Shown one piece after another: positions 29,164 through 38,599 of a stretch of DNA of 64,000 nt. Both the position numbers and the translations under genes were made by a program. The DNA is taken from the NCBI GenBank assembly GCA_934130165.1, contig CAKOXO010000004.1, forward strand, positions 51,415 to 115,414, in the 5' to 3' direction. The DNA is from an uncultured Bacilli bacterium. Lineage in GTDB: Bacteria; Bacillota_I; Bacilli_A; RF39; UBA660. Positions within the stretch are counted from its first letter, which is position 1. Each line of letters starts with the position of its first letter. The notes below the pieces were generated by a model. That model was not told the origin of the DNA and searched no databases. It saw only the letters and a program-made list of their open reading frames with translations.

Positions 29164-30996
29164 ATGGTTACATTTGATTATAAAAAAACTCCAATAACGC
29201 AAATTGCAGATTATATTATTATGTATGCTGCAAAAAGTGGCGCTAGTGATATCCATTTTGACCCAAAAGAAAACGGTCTGATGGTACGAATAAGAATCGA
29301 TGGAGACCTACAAGATTATACTTTAATACCTCCAGATTACGAAAGAAATTTAACTACAAGATTAAAATTACTAGCTAATATGAACATCACAGAAAGCAGA
29401 CTTCCTCAAGATGGAGCAATCAAAAGACAATTCGGAAAACTTTACCTAGATATGCGTGCATCTTCTCTTCCTACTAATGAAGGGGAAAAAATAGTTATTC
29501 GTATCTTAGATTATAGTAGAAGCTTACAAGGATTAGAGCATCTTGGTTTTTCGCATACTAATTTTGAAAAATTAAAAAGAATGATTCAAATACCAAATGG
29601 TATCATTTTGGTTACTGGTGCTACTGGTACAGGTAAAAGTACTACTACCTATTCTATTTTACAAGCTTTAAATAAACCTGAAACTAATATTATTACGGTT
29701 GAAGACCCAATAGAAATGAATATTGAAGGAATAAATCAAGTACAAGTAAATAGTGAAATTGGTTTAGACTTTGCTACAGTATTAAGATCTATTTTAAGAC
29801 AGGATCCAAATATTATCCTTATTGGAGAAATTCGTGATTCTGAAACAGCTAAAATTGCAGTACGTGCATCAATAACTGGGCACTTGGTATTATCAACAAT
29901 ACATACAAACAATTCTTTATCTACAATTGAGCGTCTTTTAGATATGGATGTTGAAAGATATCTTTTATCTAGCGCTTTAACTGGAATAATTTCACAACGA
30001 CTTGCCAAGATGTTATGTCCTAAATGTAAAATAGAAAGAGAAGCCACTCCTTATGAGAAAAAAATATTTAAAAATGTTTTAAAAGAAGATATTGAAAAGC
30101 TTTATGACGCTAACCATGATGGTTGTGATTACTGTCATAATGGCTACAAAGGTCGAATTGCTGTTCAAGAGGTTTTAGAGATTGATGATGAAATAAGGGA
30201 TGCCTTAAATGATGAAAAATTAGAAAAAGAAGACTTAAGAGAGATGGTATACACATCTAATGTTATTACCCTACTTCAAGATGGGTTAGAAAAAGTACTA
30301 GAGGGAATAACTAGTTTTGAAGAAATTTACAGGATTATTGAAATAGATTCTGATATTACTGAAAATTATGGTGCTGAGTTAACTGAAGCTAATAAGGAAA
30401 GATTAAAACAAGAAAAGCAAAATAAAATAAAAGAAGAAATCAATTCAGAAGTTACTGATTCTGCTAAATCAATTAACTCTGATGATAAAACTTCATCAGT
30501 AGATGATACTGCAACAATATCAACTAATAGTCAAAATGTAGAATCCATTATTAATAAAAATGAGGAAAAGGCAAATATTATTATCACTCCTCCTATGATT
30601 CCAGCATATACAGATCAAGTTAATTATAGTAATCCATCTAACCCTGAACAAATTTCAGATACAAACTCTTCGACCATTAATATTCCTAATGTCCAAAATA
30701 ATTTTTACAATACTAATAATTCAGAAACTAACCAAGATTTAAATTCTACTGATAAAAACATCAATAGTAATAATGAGAGTGAAAAAATCAATTTTTCACC
30801 ATTAAATACGAATGAGACCTCTGCTTCCGGCCCAACCCTAAGCCTACTAACAGAAGTTCCACAAAATTATAATCAAATTGATAATTCAAACCAAGTTAAT
30901 CTTCAACCAACAATCAGCACTATAAATGATGTAGCTAGTCCAACTCTGATTGAAAATCAAGCAAATTCAGAACCAACATTAATAGAAAATAATTAA
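29164..30996 (+). CDS. type IV pilus / competence ATPase (GspE/PilB family, short ComGA-like form) with a ~230-aa N/S/T/Q-rich C-terminal extension
   Basis: Walker A 'VTGATGTGKSTT', Asp/His boxes, and a tetracysteine 'CPKC...CDYCH'. The ATPase core ends near residue 380 and the remainder is low-complexity. Confidence 0.8.
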   Translation: MVTFDYKKTPITQIADYIIMYAAKSGASDIHFDPKENGLMVRIRIDGDLQDYTLIPPDYERNLTTRLKLLANMNITESRLPQDGAIKRQFGKLYLDMRASSLPTNEGEKIVIRILDYSRSLQGLEHLGFSHTNFEKLKRMIQIPNGIILVTGATGTGKSTTTYSILQALNKPETNIITVEDPIEMNIEGINQVQVNSEIGLDFATVLRSILRQDPNIILIGEIRDSETAKIAVRASITGHLVLSTIHTNNSLSTIERLLDMDVERYLLSSALTGIISQRLAKMLCPKCKIEREATPYEKKIFKNVLKEDIEKLYDANHDGCDYCHNGYKGRIAVQEVLEIDDEIRDALNDEKLEKEDLREMVYTSNVITLLQDGLEKVLEGITSFEEIYRIIEIDSDITENYGAELTEANKERLKQEKQNKIKEEINSEVTDSAKSINSDDKTSSVDDTATISTNSQNVESIINKNEEKANIIITPPMIPAYTDQVNYSNPSNPEQISDTNSSTINIPNVQNNFYNTNNSETNQDLNSTDKNINSNNESEKINFSPLNTNETSASGPTLSLLTEVPQNYNQIDNSNQVNLQPTISTINDVASPTLIENQANSEPTLIENN

Positions 30997-31023
30997 AAGG
31001 CACTATTTAATGCCTTTTTCTTT
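30996..31023 (+). terminator. rho-independent terminator after the pilus ATPase gene
   Basis: Stem AAAGGCA / TGCCTTT with an 8-nt loop, followed by TTCTTTT. It overlaps the 3' end of the convergent tmk-like CDS. Confidence 0.45.
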
Positions 31024-31680
31024 TAACATATTAATAATTTCATTACTTATTTCTTCTATACTTTTTATTCTATCAGATTCAACACATTCTATTCTATCCC
31101 AATTATATAACTCTGATAATTCTATGTATGCTTTTTCTGCATTTATTAAATGTTTTTTACTTTTTTCATTTCCATCCAAACTCTTTCTATTTTTTTTAAG
31201 TTCACATGATGATGTATATGGCATATGTAAAAATATTGTAATATCTGGTTTAGGTAATTTTAAAAGCCAATATTCCAATTTATCAATCCATTGATACATA
31301 TTAAATCTTTCTTCTGAATCCTCTATTTTACCACCCTGGTGAGCCATATTAGAAGTTGTATATCTATCAAGAATAACTATATATCCATCATCAATATATT
31401 TATTAACTTTGGTTATATTATACTTCCTATCTGCCGCATAATATAGGCATGATATATATGGATCAACATTAGCTGAACCATCCTCAAAATACGAAGGACA
31501 AATCTCTTCTTTTCCAAGATATGGGCCTCCCACTATTTTACCAGTTGGTGTATCATAGGCCGGAAAACTCATTCTAATACAATTTATTCCACTACTATTT
31601 AAATATTTTTCAAGTAGTTTTGATTGAGTTTCCTTTCCAGAACAATCTGTTCCTTCTATTACAATTATTTTACCTTTCAT
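31003..31680 (-). CDS. tmk: thymidylate kinase, eukaryotic/archaeal-like type
   Basis: 'IIVIEGTDCSGKETQSKLL', 'FPAYDTPTGKI', 'ILDRYTTSNMAHQG' and 'LPKPDITIFLHM' align with human-type TMPK blocks. Confidence 0.7.
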   Translation of the reverse strand: MKGKIIVIEGTDCSGKETQSKLLEKYLNSSGINCIRMSFPAYDTPTGKIVGGPYLGKEEICPSYFEDGSANVDPYISCLYYAADRKYNITKVNKYIDDGYIVILDRYTTSNMAHQGGKIEDSEERFNMYQWIDKLEYWLLKLPKPDITIFLHMPYTSSCELKKNRKSLDGNEKSKKHLINAEKAYIELSELYNWDRIECVESDRIKSIEEISNEIINMLKEKGIK

Positions 31681-31731
31681 TTTATACCTCCTATACTCCT
31701 ATATATAAAGAAAAAGTAGTTACACTACTTC

Positions 31732-32328
31732 TTACATTCTAGCACGAACATCAACCTTGAACGCAAACATATATGATTGTGCTGGATTAGTCTTATTATC
31801 AAATTTATCACTAACCCAAACACGTAATCTCAACTTTTCATTTTTCTTAACATTAGTCAATTCAGAAGAATATAGTACTTTACTATTTTTTTCTTCTTGA
31901 TCATCTTTTAGCATACTGTAAGTTGGTACTTCACCATCATATGGTTTTAAAGCCACATCATTTTGATCAGTTAAATAAACTTTAACATAGCTATCATCCA
32001 TATCACTTTTATATGGTGTTACAATAACATCATATTTAACATTTATAGTGCTATCATTAGAAACAGTAAAATCAAATGTTTCTGTATTACCGTTTAATCT
32101 TTTTCCTTTATCATCTGACATTGGTAATGCGTTTTCTATTTTAACATTGTTTGTTTCACTTTCAGTATAACTGAATGATATTTTTCCTGTTGTGATAGTA
32201 TTTTCTTTTTGACCCTTAAATGTTTGTGACCACACTGCATATGAAATTCCAATAACTGCAACTATCAAAATCAATATTGCAAGTGAAGATAGTAAAATTT
32301 GTCTTACATCTTTCTTCTCTTCAACCAT
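31732..32328 (-). CDS. N-anchored secreted beta-rich protein, unknown family
   Basis: Transmembrane helix 'ILLSSLAILILIVAVIGISYAVW'. It is a paralog of the partial gene at 63550-64000 ('ENALPMSDDKGK...LRLRVWVSDK' ~ 'ENTIPTSDSNGQ...LRLWLSKD'). Confidence 0.45.
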   Translation of the reverse strand: MVEEKKDVRQILLSSLAILILIVAVIGISYAVWSQTFKGQKENTITTGKISFSYTESETNNVKIENALPMSDDKGKRLNGNTETFDFTVSNDSTINVKYDVIVTPYKSDMDDSYVKVYLTDQNDVALKPYDGEVPTYSMLKDDQEEKNSKVLYSSELTNVKKNEKLRLRVWVSDKFDNKTNPAQSYMFAFKVDVRARM

Positions 32329-32419
32329 ACTATCACTCCTTAATTAATAATACTAAACTAAAATTTCTTATACAAGTAATTATAAATCATTTTATCAATA
32401 TTATACATAATTTTACATA

Positions 32420-33001
32420 TTAGCAACTAATATTATCTTCTTCATCAAAAAAAACTAAAAGGCATTTTCTACTTGCTAAATAATCACACATATGAACAAA
32501 ATTTTGATACTTTGTTTTTGGCTTTTCTAATATCTCGTTTCCATTATAGTCGGTAGTCCATGGTCCCATATGTGTTTTTATTACATCCTCTACTAATTTT
32601 CTTTCTGGATCAGTTAATTCTAAATTATCCTTTTCTTCTTCTACATAATTTGCCATTAAAATAGGATGATCAAATTTAGTATATTTACTTTCTTCTTTAC
32701 CTAGTTTTAATCCATCATGAATTAATAATCCCATAAGCATTAAATCTTTCTCCATAGCAGTATATTTATCTCCAATAGCAGGATCAGATAATAATTCATA
32801 TCCAATTCTAAAAGCAGCTTTGGAATGCCTTAATAATCCACCCTCACCTAAAGCATATTCAGGATGATATTTTCCTGTTGAAGATGCTGGTACTATAAAA
32901 AAATAATCAGGTAAACAATTAATCATATGTATAAGTGATTTTTTTACTCTATCATCCTTTATACAATTTAGTTCCTTTATAAAATATTCTTCATTATTCA
33001 T
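32420..33001 (-). CDS. HD-domain phosphohydrolase
   Basis: 'KYHPEYA...LRHSKAAF' and 'LLIHDGLK' are the H...HD motifs. Confidence 0.6.
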   Translation of the reverse strand: MNNEEYFIKELNCIKDDRVKKSLIHMINCLPDYFFIVPASSTGKYHPEYALGEGGLLRHSKAAFRIGYELLSDPAIGDKYTAMEKDLMLMGLLIHDGLKLGKEESKYTKFDHPILMANYVEEEKDNLELTDPERKLVEDVIKTHMGPWTTDYNGNEILEKPKTKYQNFVHMCDYLASRKCLLVFFDEEDNISC

Positions 33002-34089
33002 ACTTCTTTACTCCTTACAAAATTAATTAATATCTCATTACTTACATATATTTTATCTTCTGGTATATAAATATTTTCATTATTACATATCAAATTATTT
33101 GATACTAAGCTATCGATAGGATAAATATTTTCAATTTTTTCTCCATATTTATTTTCAAAATATTTTTTATTTACTCCTTTTAACAACCTCAAGCCTAATA
33201 TCATTTCATAATCCATTATATCAGATTTTGATAAATTATCATATTCCAAAATATAATTTCCCCTCATATATTTTTTTATACTTCTAGTATTTGTTATTCT
33301 CCTACTACCTATATATGATGATGCACCTAGTCCAAAACCGTAATAGTTTTTATTTTTCCAATAACAAAGATTATGTTTTGATTCATATCCTTTTTTAGAA
33401 AAATTGCTTATTTCATAGTGTTCATAATCTTTTAGTTTATTAATTATTAATTTATACATTTCATAATCTAAATCTTCATCAATGTAATCAGTTTTATTTA
33501 TAGCTAGTTTAGTATGAGGTTCAATTATAAGTGAATATGTTGATATATGCTCTGGTTTTAGTGATAAAACAAAGTCTATATCATTTGATAAATCGTCCAA
33601 GGTTTCATTTGGGATTGCGTACATTAAATCTATATTGATATTATCAAAATCCAAATTCCTACATAAGTCAATTATATATTTAACTCTTTTTTTACTTTCT
33701 TTCCTACCTAATAATGTTAAATTATTTTTATTAACTGTTTCTAGGCCAAAACTTATTCTATTAACTCCATTTTCCTTAAATAATTTCAATTTTTCTAAGG
33801 TTATACTATCAAAGTTACATTCTATTGTATATTCAATTTTTTCATTTTTCTTAAAAATGTTTAAAATATTAAATAGTTTTTTTAATTGCTCTAAAGTTAG
33901 TGATGATGGAGTTCCACCACCAATATATATTGTATCTAACTTTTCATTGTTATAAGTAGATAGTATTTCTTTTTCTAAACTAACTAGGTATTTATCAGTC
34001 AAATTTTCATTGTAAAAAAGTTTACAAAAGTCACAATATGAACAGATATTATTACAAAATGGTATATGAATATAGCAATTATTTGCCAT
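32998..34089 (-). CDS. hemW: radical SAM heme chaperone HemW (HemN-like, oxygen-independent coproporphyrinogen oxidase family)
   Basis: 'CNNICSYCDFC' is the CxxxCxxC motif. 363 aa. It sits downstream of lepA as in Bacillus. Confidence 0.8.
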   Translation of the reverse strand: MANNCYIHIPFCNNICSYCDFCKLFYNENLTDKYLVSLEKEILSTYNNEKLDTIYIGGGTPSSLTLEQLKKLFNILNIFKKNEKIEYTIECNFDSITLEKLKLFKENGVNRISFGLETVNKNNLTLLGRKESKKRVKYIIDLCRNLDFDNINIDLMYAIPNETLDDLSNDIDFVLSLKPEHISTYSLIIEPHTKLAINKTDYIDEDLDYEMYKLIINKLKDYEHYEISNFSKKGYESKHNLCYWKNKNYYGFGLGASSYIGSRRITNTRSIKKYMRGNYILEYDNLSKSDIMDYEMILGLRLLKGVNKKYFENKYGEKIENIYPIDSLVSNNLICNNENIYIPEDKIYVSNEILINFVRSKEV

Positions 34090-34732
34090 GGGGTTTAAAA
34101 CTATTCTCCTTTAGTGGTTGCAATCTAGATTCATTTAATATTTCTTTTGCTATTTTACATTTTTCTTTGTCTATTTTTGAAAGTCTAGTAGTTAAATTTC
34201 TTTGAACTACATTCCAACTCAAGCCTTGTACATTTCCTATTTCTTCTATTGTATTACCTACTGATAAATAATTATAAGATGTAAGAACCTGTTCTATTAC
34301 TCTTTTGTTATTAGTTGAAAACGATTTATTTTCCATTAAGACATCAAACACTGCCTTATAATGTTTTATTGAAATATTAGGTAATCGTTTCTGAATATAA
34401 TCATGAATCGTTGTTTTACCAATTCCAAAGACTTTCGCTGTTTCTCTTACTGAACTTTTATTTTCTATAATATAATTTGCGATATCGATATAAAGTTCAT
34501 TATCTTTGGTTACAAGTGGCAAATTATCATCTAATGTATCGTAATATTTTTTAATATTATCTCTATGTTCAGAAACCTTACTATTTAATTTATTATCTAG
34601 TGTACAATAATTATCTAGTACTTCTACTACTTTATTTTTATCTATACATAAGTACTCAGCTAACTCATCATAAGTAAACCAATTATTTAAATATTCTTCA
34701 ATTATGCATTCTTTAGTAATATAATCTTCCAT
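34079..34732 (-). CDS. DNA-binding protein with tandem SpoIIID-like helix-turn-helix repeats
   Basis: Residues ~80-150 'NYIIENKSSVRETAKVFGIGKTTIHDYIQKRLPNISIKHYKAVFDVLMENKSF' match recalled SpoIIID 'KYIVETKKTVRVIAKEFGVSKSTVHKDLTERLPEINPDLANEVKEILDYHKSI'. A second similar unit is 'LSVGNTIEEIGNVQGLSWNVVQRNLTTRLSKIDKEKCKIAKEILNE'. The ~75-aa N-terminal region looks like another helix-turn-helix. Confidence 0.55.
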   Translation of the reverse strand: MEDYITKECIIEEYLNNWFTYDELAEYLCIDKNKVVEVLDNYCTLDNKLNSKVSEHRDNIKKYYDTLDDNLPLVTKDNELYIDIANYIIENKSSVRETAKVFGIGKTTIHDYIQKRLPNISIKHYKAVFDVLMENKSFSTNNKRVIEQVLTSYNYLSVGNTIEEIGNVQGLSWNVVQRNLTTRLSKIDKEKCKIAKEILNESRLQPLKENSFKPHGK

Positions 34733-34740
34733 ATTTCCTC

Positions 34741-36537
34741 CTACTTTTCATTAGTTGATAGTATTGATAAAAATGCTTCTTGTGGTACTTCAACACTACC
34801 TATTTGTTTCATTCGTTTTTTACCAGCTTTTTGTTTTTCTAATAATTTCTTTTTACGAGTAACGTCTCCACCATAACATTTTGCTAAAACATTTTTTCTC
34901 AATGCTTTAATATCAGTTCTAGCAATTATATGAGTACCAATTGCTGCTTGAATTGGGACTTCAAACATTTGACGAGGAATAATTTCTTTTAGTTTTTCAA
35001 CTACTATCTTTCCTCTTTGATATGCAAAATCCTTATGAACTATTACACTTAAAGCATCTACTATATCACCATTTAATAAAATATCCATCTTTACTAGATT
35101 ACTTTCTCTATAACCTATTAATTCATAATCAAATGAAGCATAACCTTTAGTATAACTTTTTAATTTATCAAAGAAATCATATACTATTTCTGACAAAGGA
35201 ATTTCATAGTAAATAGTTACTCTATCTTCATCTAGGTAATCCATATTAATAAAAGTTCCTCTCTTATCTTGGCATAACTCCATAATAGGACCTATATACT
35301 CTTTTGGTGAAAAGATACTAGTTTTGACATAAGGTTCAAATGTTTTTGAAATAACACTCCTATCTGGCATTTTAGTTGGAGCATCTACTATTAACTTGGT
35401 TCTATCAGTAAGTAGCACTTCATATATAACAGAAGGAGATGTTGCAATTAAATCTATTCCAAATTCTCTTTCTATTCTTTCTTCTATAATCTCCATATGA
35501 AGTAGTCCTAAAAAGCCACATCTAAATCCAAACCCTAAAGCTTTCGATGTTTCAGGTTCATAGGTTAATGAAGCATCATTCAATTTTAATTTCTCTAATG
35601 CCTCTCTTAGATCTTCAAATTTATTAGACTCTATTGGATATAGTCCACAATAAACCATTGGTTTCATCTCTTTATATCCCGGTAGAGCTACTTTTGCTGG
35701 ATTATCTTTAAGGGTTATTGTATCCCCTACTTTAACACTTTCAATACTCTTAATTGAGGCATATAAATAACCAACTTCACCAGCTGATAAGCTTTCTACT
35801 TCTTTTTCTTTTGGAGTATCAATACTTAAACCAACTACTTCATAACTAGAATTAGTCTCCATCATTAGAAAAGTATCCCCTACTTTTATTTTCCCATCCA
35901 TTACTCTGATACTTGTAATAACCCCTCTATATGGATCAAATACACTATCAAATATCAAAGCTTTTAACTCTTTGTTTGGATCTCCTGATGGAGCTGGAAT
36001 ATATTTAACAATTGCATCTAGTAAAGAATCAATTCCCTCTCCTGTTTTTGCACTAGTTAGAATTATTTCTTCTCTATCAAATCCTATATTTTCTAATTCT
36101 TCTATTACTTTATCCGGATCTGCATTTGGTAAATCTATCTTATTAATTACTGGAATAACTTTTAGGTTATTATCAAGAGCAAGATATAAGTTAGCAAGAG
36201 TTTGGGCTTCTATTCCTTGAGATGCATCCACAACCAAAAGAGCACCTTCACATGCAGCCAAACTTCTTGAAACCTCATATGAAAAATCAACATGTCCAGG
36301 GGTATCTATTAAATGAAGATAGTATTCAGAGTTGTTATGTTTATATTTTATCTGCACAGCATTTAATTTAATTGTTATACCACGTTCCCTTTCAAGCTCC
36401 ATATCATCTAAAATCTGTTCTTTTAACTCCCTTTTAGAAATTGCACCAGTACGTTCTAAGATTCTATCTGCTAACGTACTTTTACCATGATCAATGTGAG
36501 CAATTATACAAAAATTTCTAATATTTTCTTGTTTCAT
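34741..36537 (-). CDS. lepA: elongation factor 4 (LepA)
   Basis: '[20 protein letters not shown]', 'DTPGHVDF', 598 aa. Confidence 0.95.
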   Translation of the reverse strand: MKQENIRNFCIIAHIDHGKSTLADRILERTGAISKRELKEQILDDMELERERGITIKLNAVQIKYKHNNSEYYLHLIDTPGHVDFSYEVSRSLAACEGALLVVDASQGIEAQTLANLYLALDNNLKVIPVINKIDLPNADPDKVIEELENIGFDREEIILTSAKTGEGIDSLLDAIVKYIPAPSGDPNKELKALIFDSVFDPYRGVITSIRVMDGKIKVGDTFLMMETNSSYEVVGLSIDTPKEKEVESLSAGEVGYLYASIKSIESVKVGDTITLKDNPAKVALPGYKEMKPMVYCGLYPIESNKFEDLREALEKLKLNDASLTYEPETSKALGFGFRCGFLGLLHMEIIEERIEREFGIDLIATSPSVIYEVLLTDRTKLIVDAPTKMPDRSVISKTFEPYVKTSIFSPKEYIGPIMELCQDKRGTFINMDYLDEDRVTIYYEIPLSEIVYDFFDKLKSYTKGYASFDYELIGYRESNLVKMDILLNGDIVDALSVIVHKDFAYQRGKIVVEKLKEIIPRQMFEVPIQAAIGTHIIARTDIKALRKNVLAKCYGGDVTRKKKLLEKQKAGKKRMKQIGSVEVPQEAFLSILSTNEK

Positions 36538-36575
36538 AGGATGCCTCCAAATCTATAATTTATTATAACAAAAAA

Positions 36576-36598
36576 CTTGGATTACTCCAAGCTTCTTC
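36576..36598 (-). terminator. rho-independent terminator downstream of the membrane-protein gene
   Basis: Minus-strand hairpin CTTGGA-GTAA-TCCAAG followed by TTTTTT. It lies just upstream of the lepA TATAAT-like element and GGAGG ribosome-binding site. Confidence 0.45.
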
Positions 36599-36731
36599 AA
36601 TTTATTTATAAACTTTATTAAGAGTATTAAATAATTAAAGATAAAGTAACAATCATTCCTATGAGTATTTTCAAATAGAAGATATTTTTTTGCTATTACT
36701 TGAAACTTTTACATAATTCTATCATCGTGGT

Positions 36732-38219
36732 TTAATCTTTTTTTATTTGGTTATTATATAATGCATAAACAATTAATGGATAAGTGCAAGTTATAGAAGG
36801 ATAGGCAAAACGCATTTCATCGCCAGTTACAAGGCAGGATACTATGATTACATTAGATATTACTAATATGTAAGGTATAAATCTTCTTATACCATCAATA
36901 CCCTTTCTTATAATTAAATATATTGAAAATAATATTAAGAAAAGAGCACTTCCTAAATCTATAAATAAAAATTTTAATGGAGTTTTAAAAATAAAATTTG
37001 TATAATAGTAAACCCCATTATTATTTTCTCTTGAATTATACTGAAAACAATAAAAACTTTTATAATGGTCTATTCTCCAATATATACTAGTAATTGCCAA
37101 ATAGTTTTTTAAAGATAATTTAGGATTTTTTACCGCTAAATCTAGCCATATTCTTACTACATCTAATGAGATACTTTTTAACTTTTTTAAATTATCTGGG
37201 CAGTTAAACTTTATTTCATTAAAATACATATATTTACTATAATTTCCATTAAAACACTCTTTTTTAAAGATACTATATATTTTATCTTGATATTCTTTTT
37301 TAAATCCCTTTCCATGTTCTTCTATATATCTAATTTGATTCAATGGAACTCCTAACATTTCAGCTGTACCAATATTAGGTTTTACATTTAAAAAATTATA
37401 TATAGGGCCGGTAATTATTACTCTAGCTGTTATAAATATAATAAAAAATGATACATAGAATTTCCTATATTTTTTATAAAAAATAATGAGTAATATCATC
37501 ATTAATAAAAAATTAGCAATACCATTATGTCTTATATATACCATAAAAAAGCACATAATAATAAATAATACTTTATTTTTAGTTTTAGAAATCCAATCAC
37601 CTTTAGTTATCACAATTTCAATTAAAAACATAGTTCCTACTAAAATAGTATAAGAAAACGGCACATCTTTTAATAGGCTTGACGTCATAACAAGAAAACT
37701 AGGATTTAAAACTATAAGTAACAGTATAATTATAGTCATACCTATATTTAGAAAGTATTTTCTTAAAAAATAACTTAAATAAATTAAACATACATATATA
37801 TATAATCCTTGAAATATTTTGCAAGAATAAAAACTATAATAAAAAATGGATGGCAATTTAACAAAGATAATTGTATATAAAAATGGATGCCAGTCACTAT
37901 AAATTCCTCTAGCTAAAACATTCCATATACCAGTAAAATCTGTAGGATAGCAATTATTATTTGCTATTGAAAAAACAATGGCAATAACTATTATATATGT
38001 GTATATTGCAAACTCTATTAATCTTATTTTTTTACTAGATTTAAATTTTATTTTATCAAGAAACTTTTGTATAAATAAAAATAAAATAAAAATTATAATT
38101 GTCCATGGAATAAATGAAAAATATCTAATTTCTCTATCATAACTAATACAAAATACAAAATATATAGCTAATAGAAGAAGTAATATATTGTTTAAATTAA
38201 ATATTTTTTTTAGTTTCAT
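36732..38219 (-). CDS. polytopic membrane protein, paralog of the gene at 10999-12744
   Basis: About 12 transmembrane helices. Shared blocks are 'LLKDVPFSYTIL', 'KNKVLFIIMCFFMVYIRHNG' and 'FYKKYRKF'. It is inserted between the yqxA-like gene and lepA. Confidence 0.5.
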   Translation of the reverse strand: MKLKKIFNLNNILLLLLAIYFVFCISYDREIRYFSFIPWTIIIFILFLFIQKFLDKIKFKSSKKIRLIEFAIYTYIIVIAIVFSIANNNCYPTDFTGIWNVLARGIYSDWHPFLYTIIFVKLPSIFYYSFYSCKIFQGLYIYVCLIYLSYFLRKYFLNIGMTIIILLLIVLNPSFLVMTSSLLKDVPFSYTILVGTMFLIEIVITKGDWISKTKNKVLFIIMCFFMVYIRHNGIANFLLMMILLIIFYKKYRKFYVSFFIIFITARVIITGPIYNFLNVKPNIGTAEMLGVPLNQIRYIEEHGKGFKKEYQDKIYSIFKKECFNGNYSKYMYFNEIKFNCPDNLKKLKSISLDVVRIWLDLAVKNPKLSLKNYLAITSIYWRIDHYKSFYCFQYNSRENNNGVYYYTNFIFKTPLKFLFIDLGSALFLILFSIYLIIRKGIDGIRRFIPYILVISNVIIVSCLVTGDEMRFAYPSITCTYPLIVYALYNNQIKKD

Positions 38220-38278
38220 ATCACACCTCTATACTATAAAAATTATAGCATAGCGAAAAATGACAGTCAATTTATACT

Positions 38279-38599
38279 TTATTCATCAACAACTTTATTA
38301 ACCTCACTAAATATAAATTTCATCATTGAATCAAAGACTATTTCAATAGTATTAGATAAAAGTTTACCTCCTTTAGATAATTTATTATTATAATCATTTT
38401 CCTCTTTTAAATAATCACTTGCCTTAACTTTTTTACCATTTTTAATATCTTTTTCAAACTGTTTTACGGCCTTTTCTGTCAAAGTATTAGTTTTTCTATT
38501 TGAATATTCATAATAGCCCATTGCTTGTGTCATATACAGTGCAGTGTATAATATTATTAATGTAAAGATAACAATTCTTGCTATGTTTTTACCCTTCAT
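38279..38599 (-). CDS. small N-anchored protein, YqxA-like by position
   Basis: 106 aa with one transmembrane helix. It lies immediately downstream of spoIIP, as yqxA does in B. subtilis. No sequence motif was recognised. Confidence 0.35.
   Translation of the reverse strand: MKGKNIARIVIFTLIILYTALYMTQAMGYYEYSNRKTNTLTEKAVKQFEKDIKNGKKVKASDYLKEENDYNNKLSKGGKLLSNTIEIVFDSMMKFIFSEVNKVVDE

Noticed and set aside
29736-30047. 103-aa minus-strand ORF
   Set aside because: It is antisense inside the GspE-family ATPase gene.
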